Origin: an uncultured Spirochaetota bacterium
GTDB lineage: Bacteria > Spirochaetota > Brevinematia > Brevinematales > JAOACQ01
Direction: 5' to 3'
Length of the DNA: 64,000 nucleotides
NCBI GenBank assembly: GCA_963768055.1
Contig: CAVYGN010000002.1
Span: 32,001 to 96,000, forward strand
Shown here: piece by piece, positions 61,003 through 64,000 of the stretch
How the letters are laid out: the number at the start of each line of letters is the position of its first letter
Numbering within the stretch: position 1 is the stretch's first letter
Program-made: the position numbers and the translations under genes
The notes under the pieces: generated by a model
Database searches by the model: none
What the model was told of the DNA's origin: nothing
What the model saw: the letters and a program-made list of their open reading frames with translations, nothing else

Positions 61003-62676
61003 ATGGCTGAAAGATCAAAACGTTTAATAACCCTGCGCTTCAGCATATCCAGCGCTTTTGTAAGCGTTGTCGTATTATCATGCGTTCTCCTGGGAATATT
61101 TACGTTTTACAACGTCCGCTCTTTTCTCCGGCAGGGCATAGAGGAACGCCTCCATGACACCATAGGGGTCGGGGCCCTCCAGATCGACGGAGACCTGCAT
61201 GAAAAACTCGTCAAACCCTCCGACGAGGATTCGGAAGGCTATATGAAGATAAAACTTGTCCTCCGCGATATACGCAGACATACCACGGACGTCAGAGACG
61301 TTTACACGATGAGGATGCTCCCGGACGGGAAGATCATATTCGTAGTCGACGCCGAGAATAAAGCGCATACGAATTTTTTCAGCCACCTGGGAGATGTTTA
61401 CGACAAACCCACGCAGGACCTTCTTGCGACTTTTGCAGACCATAAGGTTCATGTGGAGAAAGAGGTGAGCTCGGACGAGTGGGGAACATGGCTTTCAAGT
61501 TTCGCGCCGATATTCACTAAAAACGGAAAGTTCGACGGCATTGTCGGCATGGATATGTCAGCGAAGAAGATTGTCAGCTACGAGCGGCACTACTTCATAC
61601 TTATCTTCGGGATCTTTCTTGCCGTAAGCGTCATGGTGATCCTCCTGGCCGTTCTCTTCGCCAGAAGGATCTCGAAGCCTATGATCATTCTCGAAAACGA
61701 CCTGGAGAAGGTGCAGAAATTCGAACTTTCCAGCAGGCTGGATATAAAATCGAACATCAAAGAAGTTATAAACATGAAAAACGCCATCGAGAACATGAAA
61801 AACGGCCTCCGGTCTTTTAAAAAATTCGTTCCGGCGGACCTGGTGGCGGAACTTATCAAACTTAACAAGGAAGCGGTCCTGGGGGCCGAGAAAAGGGCGA
61901 TGACGGTGTCATTTTCGGACATCGCCGATTTTACGAGCATTTCAGAGATGCTGCCGCCCGAAAAGCTCGTCGCTAATTTAGGGATATATTTCGAGGGGAT
62001 GACGAAGATCATTCTGGAAAAAAGCGGCACGATTGACAAGTATATCGGAGACGCCATAATGTCGTTCTGGGGCGCGCCGCATTATCAGGAAAACCATGCT
62101 GTCCTCGCCTGCAAAAGCGCGCTGGAGAGCCAGCGCTTCCTCATTCGAATCTCCGAAGACTGGAACGCGAAGGGCCTGCCGATTTTCAAAACCCGTATAG
62201 GTATAAACACCGGGGACGTCATCGTCGGGAACATGGGTTACGAGGAAAGGCTAAATTACACGGTAATGGGCGACACTGTCAACCTTGCGAGCCGCCTCGA
62301 GGGCCTGAACAAGTTCTACTGCACCAGGATAATGATAAGCGAATTCACCAACGAGTCCGTCAAGGGAGAGATGGAAACCAGGCAGCTGGACACGGTGGCG
62401 GTAAAGGGAAAAACACGGGGCATAAAAATTTTCGAACTTATATCCGAAAAAGGGAATATCGATAAGGGTATGACCGAATTCCTGAGCATGTACAACGAAG
62501 GAATGTCCTTCTACGAAAAGGGCGACTGGCCGCGCGCTGTAATGATCTTCGGGGAAGCCCTGAGGCTGGTCCCGGGCGACAAGCCCGGCCAGGCGATGCT
62601 CGAAAGATGCCGTAAGTTCGATAAAGAGGGAACGCCCCCAGGCTGGAACGGGGTGACGGTATTCCATGAAAAGTAA
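61003..62676 (+). CDS. Class III adenylate cyclase with periplasmic sensor, HAMP-like linker and C-terminal TPR-like tail
   Basis: 2 TM; FSDIADFT, DKYIGDAIM, RIGINTG, YTVMGDTVNLASRLE. Confidence 0.9.
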   Translation: MAERSKRLITLRFSISSAFVSVVVLSCVLLGIFTFYNVRSFLRQGIEERLHDTIGVGALQIDGDLHEKLVKPSDEDSEGYMKIKLVLRDIRRHTTDVRDVYTMRMLPDGKIIFVVDAENKAHTNFFSHLGDVYDKPTQDLLATFADHKVHVEKEVSSDEWGTWLSSFAPIFTKNGKFDGIVGMDMSAKKIVSYERHYFILIFGIFLAVSVMVILLAVLFARRISKPMIILENDLEKVQKFELSSRLDIKSNIKEVINMKNAIENMKNGLRSFKKFVPADLVAELIKLNKEAVLGAEKRAMTVSFSDIADFTSISEMLPPEKLVANLGIYFEGMTKIILEKSGTIDKYIGDAIMSFWGAPHYQENHAVLACKSALESQRFLIRISEDWNAKGLPIFKTRIGINTGDVIVGNMGYEERLNYTVMGDTVNLASRLEGLNKFYCTRIMISEFTNESVKGEMETRQLDTVAVKGKTRGIKIFELISEKGNIDKGMTEFLSMYNEGMSFYEKGDWPRAVMIFGEALRLVPGDKPGQAMLERCRKFDKEGTPPGWNGVTVFHEK

Positions 62677-62685
62677 CGGCCCTGA

Positions 62686-63501
62686 ATGATACAAAAGGAC
62701 CATTTCCTTAAACTCCATCTTAGAAAGCAGATTTACAAGATAGCCGAAACGCTGAGAAAGATCGAAGAGGAAGACGGCGAGCCTCTAACCAAGATACTTT
62801 CGGATCTCAGGAATTATTCGAAATTCCTGCATGAAACCTCGCACCCCAGGCTCATGGCGGTCCGCTCGATCGTCGACGAGTTCCTCGCGTCTTTCCCTCA
62901 AGGACGAGCCCTGACAAGGCCGGCGATCGAGCGGGCGAATTTCGCCTTTCACAGAGTCATGGAAGAGATCGGCTCGGCCCCCGACGAGTCGCGCTATTTA
63001 CCGAGGCACAAGCGTTTCGACACAAATAAGAATTCCGTCAAGTACCCCCATACTGCGATACTCGACAACCTCAGATCCCCCTTCAACACAGGCAGCATAT
63101 TCCGCTCCTGCGACTGCTTCGGCGTCGGGAGCCTCGCCCTCTGCGGAATAACCCCCCGCCCCCCCATGCCCAAACTCGAGCGCACCGCGATGGGAACAGT
63201 AGGCCTGACAGACTGGCAATATTACACCACTACCGCTGAGGCTATCTCTTATTACAAAACCGGCGGCTTCCGGATCATCGGCGTGGAGACCGTCGAAGGC
63301 GCAGCCTCCCTTTACGAAGCCGGCTGGCCCGAAAAGACCGCCTTCGTATTCGGGAACGAAGAGTTCGGCATGACGGAGGAGGCACTGCTTCTATGCGACG
63401 CTTTTATAGATATACCGCTGGTGGGTAGGAAGAACAGCCTCAACGTCGCCAGCGCCTTCGCAGTAGTGATGGCCGAGGCGGGGAGGAGGGGGGGGTGTTG
63501 A
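62686..63501 (+). CDS. TrmH/SpoU-family RNA methyltransferase with N-terminal extension
   Basis: LDNLRSPFN.GSIFR, FGNEE.G, IP..G.KNSLNVA. Confidence 0.9.
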   Translation: MIQKDHFLKLHLRKQIYKIAETLRKIEEEDGEPLTKILSDLRNYSKFLHETSHPRLMAVRSIVDEFLASFPQGRALTRPAIERANFAFHRVMEEIGSAPDESRYLPRHKRFDTNKNSVKYPHTAILDNLRSPFNTGSIFRSCDCFGVGSLALCGITPRPPMPKLERTAMGTVGLTDWQYYTTTAEAISYYKTGGFRIIGVETVEGAASLYEAGWPEKTAFVFGNEEFGMTEEALLLCDAFIDIPLVGRKNSLNVASAFAVVMAEAGRRGGC

Positions 63502-63546
63502 CGGACAAAAAAGTAGTGCACTAAAGAAAGTCTAACAATAAATTTT
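63496..63546 (+). mobile_element. Possible Tn7-like transposon end
   Basis: TGTTGACGGACAAAAAAGTAGTGCACT resembles the Tn7 left end as I recall it (TGTGGGCGGACAAAATAGTTGGGAACT). Confidence 0.4.
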
Positions 63547-63564
63547 ATTTTTTTGCTAAACAAT

Positions 63565-63612
63565 TGCCGTCCGGCAGGTTTAGTGACCCAGGGTCGGCGT
63601 TTTTAGTGACCC
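63565..63612 (+). mobile_element. Possible IS21-like terminal remnant
   Basis: TG, then CGGCAGGTTTAGTGACCC and CGGCGTTTTTAGTGACCC at 23-bp spacing. Confidence 0.35.
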
Positions 63613-63731
63613 GCCCCCCTGTCTACCTTTTGCTTATCTCATTATTATCTTAATCAGATTTGTTAAAATTATTACAAAGGTGTTTTTTAACAATATTTTC
63701 TTCCTTAACCCCGCTATTTGCGGATTTTCCC

Positions 63732-64000
63732 CTACGGCAGTATCTTCGCCAAAACATTGTTATCGAAAGTCCCCGCGCTCCTGTTGAATACGGCATAAAT
63801 TCCATCGTCATCCCAGATAGCATAGGAGAAGCCGTACTGCTTGCAGAGACTGGCTATATTCCCCAGCCATTTAAGCCGGCTCTGGTAATCCGCGCTTGTG
63901 ACTGTTCCGTATTCTCCCAGGTAGAGGGGAACGTTATGTGCGGCTGACCAATTGGCCGCGTTGAGAAAATCCTGGTCCATGGAGGAATAATCGCCGGCAG
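63732..64000 (-). CDS. Glycoside hydrolase family 5, C-terminal part (5' end outside window)
   Basis: VPLYLGEYG nucleophile motif and YAIWDD. Confidence 0.75.
   Translation of the reverse strand, partial: AGDYSSMDQDFLNAANWSAAHNVPLYLGEYGTVTSADYQSRLKWLGNIASLCKQYGFSYAIWDDDGIYAVFNRSAGTFDNNVLAKILP

Overview
64 kb of a bacterial chromosome, most likely an anaerobic, polysaccharide-degrading spirochaete. That taxonomy is inferred only from gene content: FapA/DUF342, bactofilin, many lipoproteins, GH5 enzymes, a LacI-sensor/kinase fusion and 2-oxoacid:ferredoxin oxidoreductases. Most of the window is housekeeping: msrA, trpF, a gyrB/parE-type gene, rpmB, purA, lnt, a GldAFG-type ABC system, pnp-rpsO-ribF, murJ, dapA, lysA, fapR-fabH, folK, iorAB, pdxA, rpoN, ackA, yggS, a U32 protein, hypAB, korAB, rlpA, murC and a TrmH-family gene. 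I saw no rRNA, tRNA, CRISPR array, transposase or integrase. The unusual parts are: (i) an AT-rich pair of archaeal-type PurP genes, one broken by an exact 16-bp tandem duplication; (ii) several families of intergenic palindromic or tandem inverted repeats, including 9-mer-periodic arms that enclose only a short spacer at one site and an AT-rich orphan gene at another; (iii) a Tn7-like terminus that supplies the stop codon of the TrmH gene, followed by an IS21-like end; (iv) fapR-fabH with a clear palindromic candidate operator; (v) a cytoplasmic LacI-sensor/His kinase/REC/GGDEF protein; (vi) a PP2C phosphatase gene inside iorAB. All calls come from reading motifs by eye; no searches were run.
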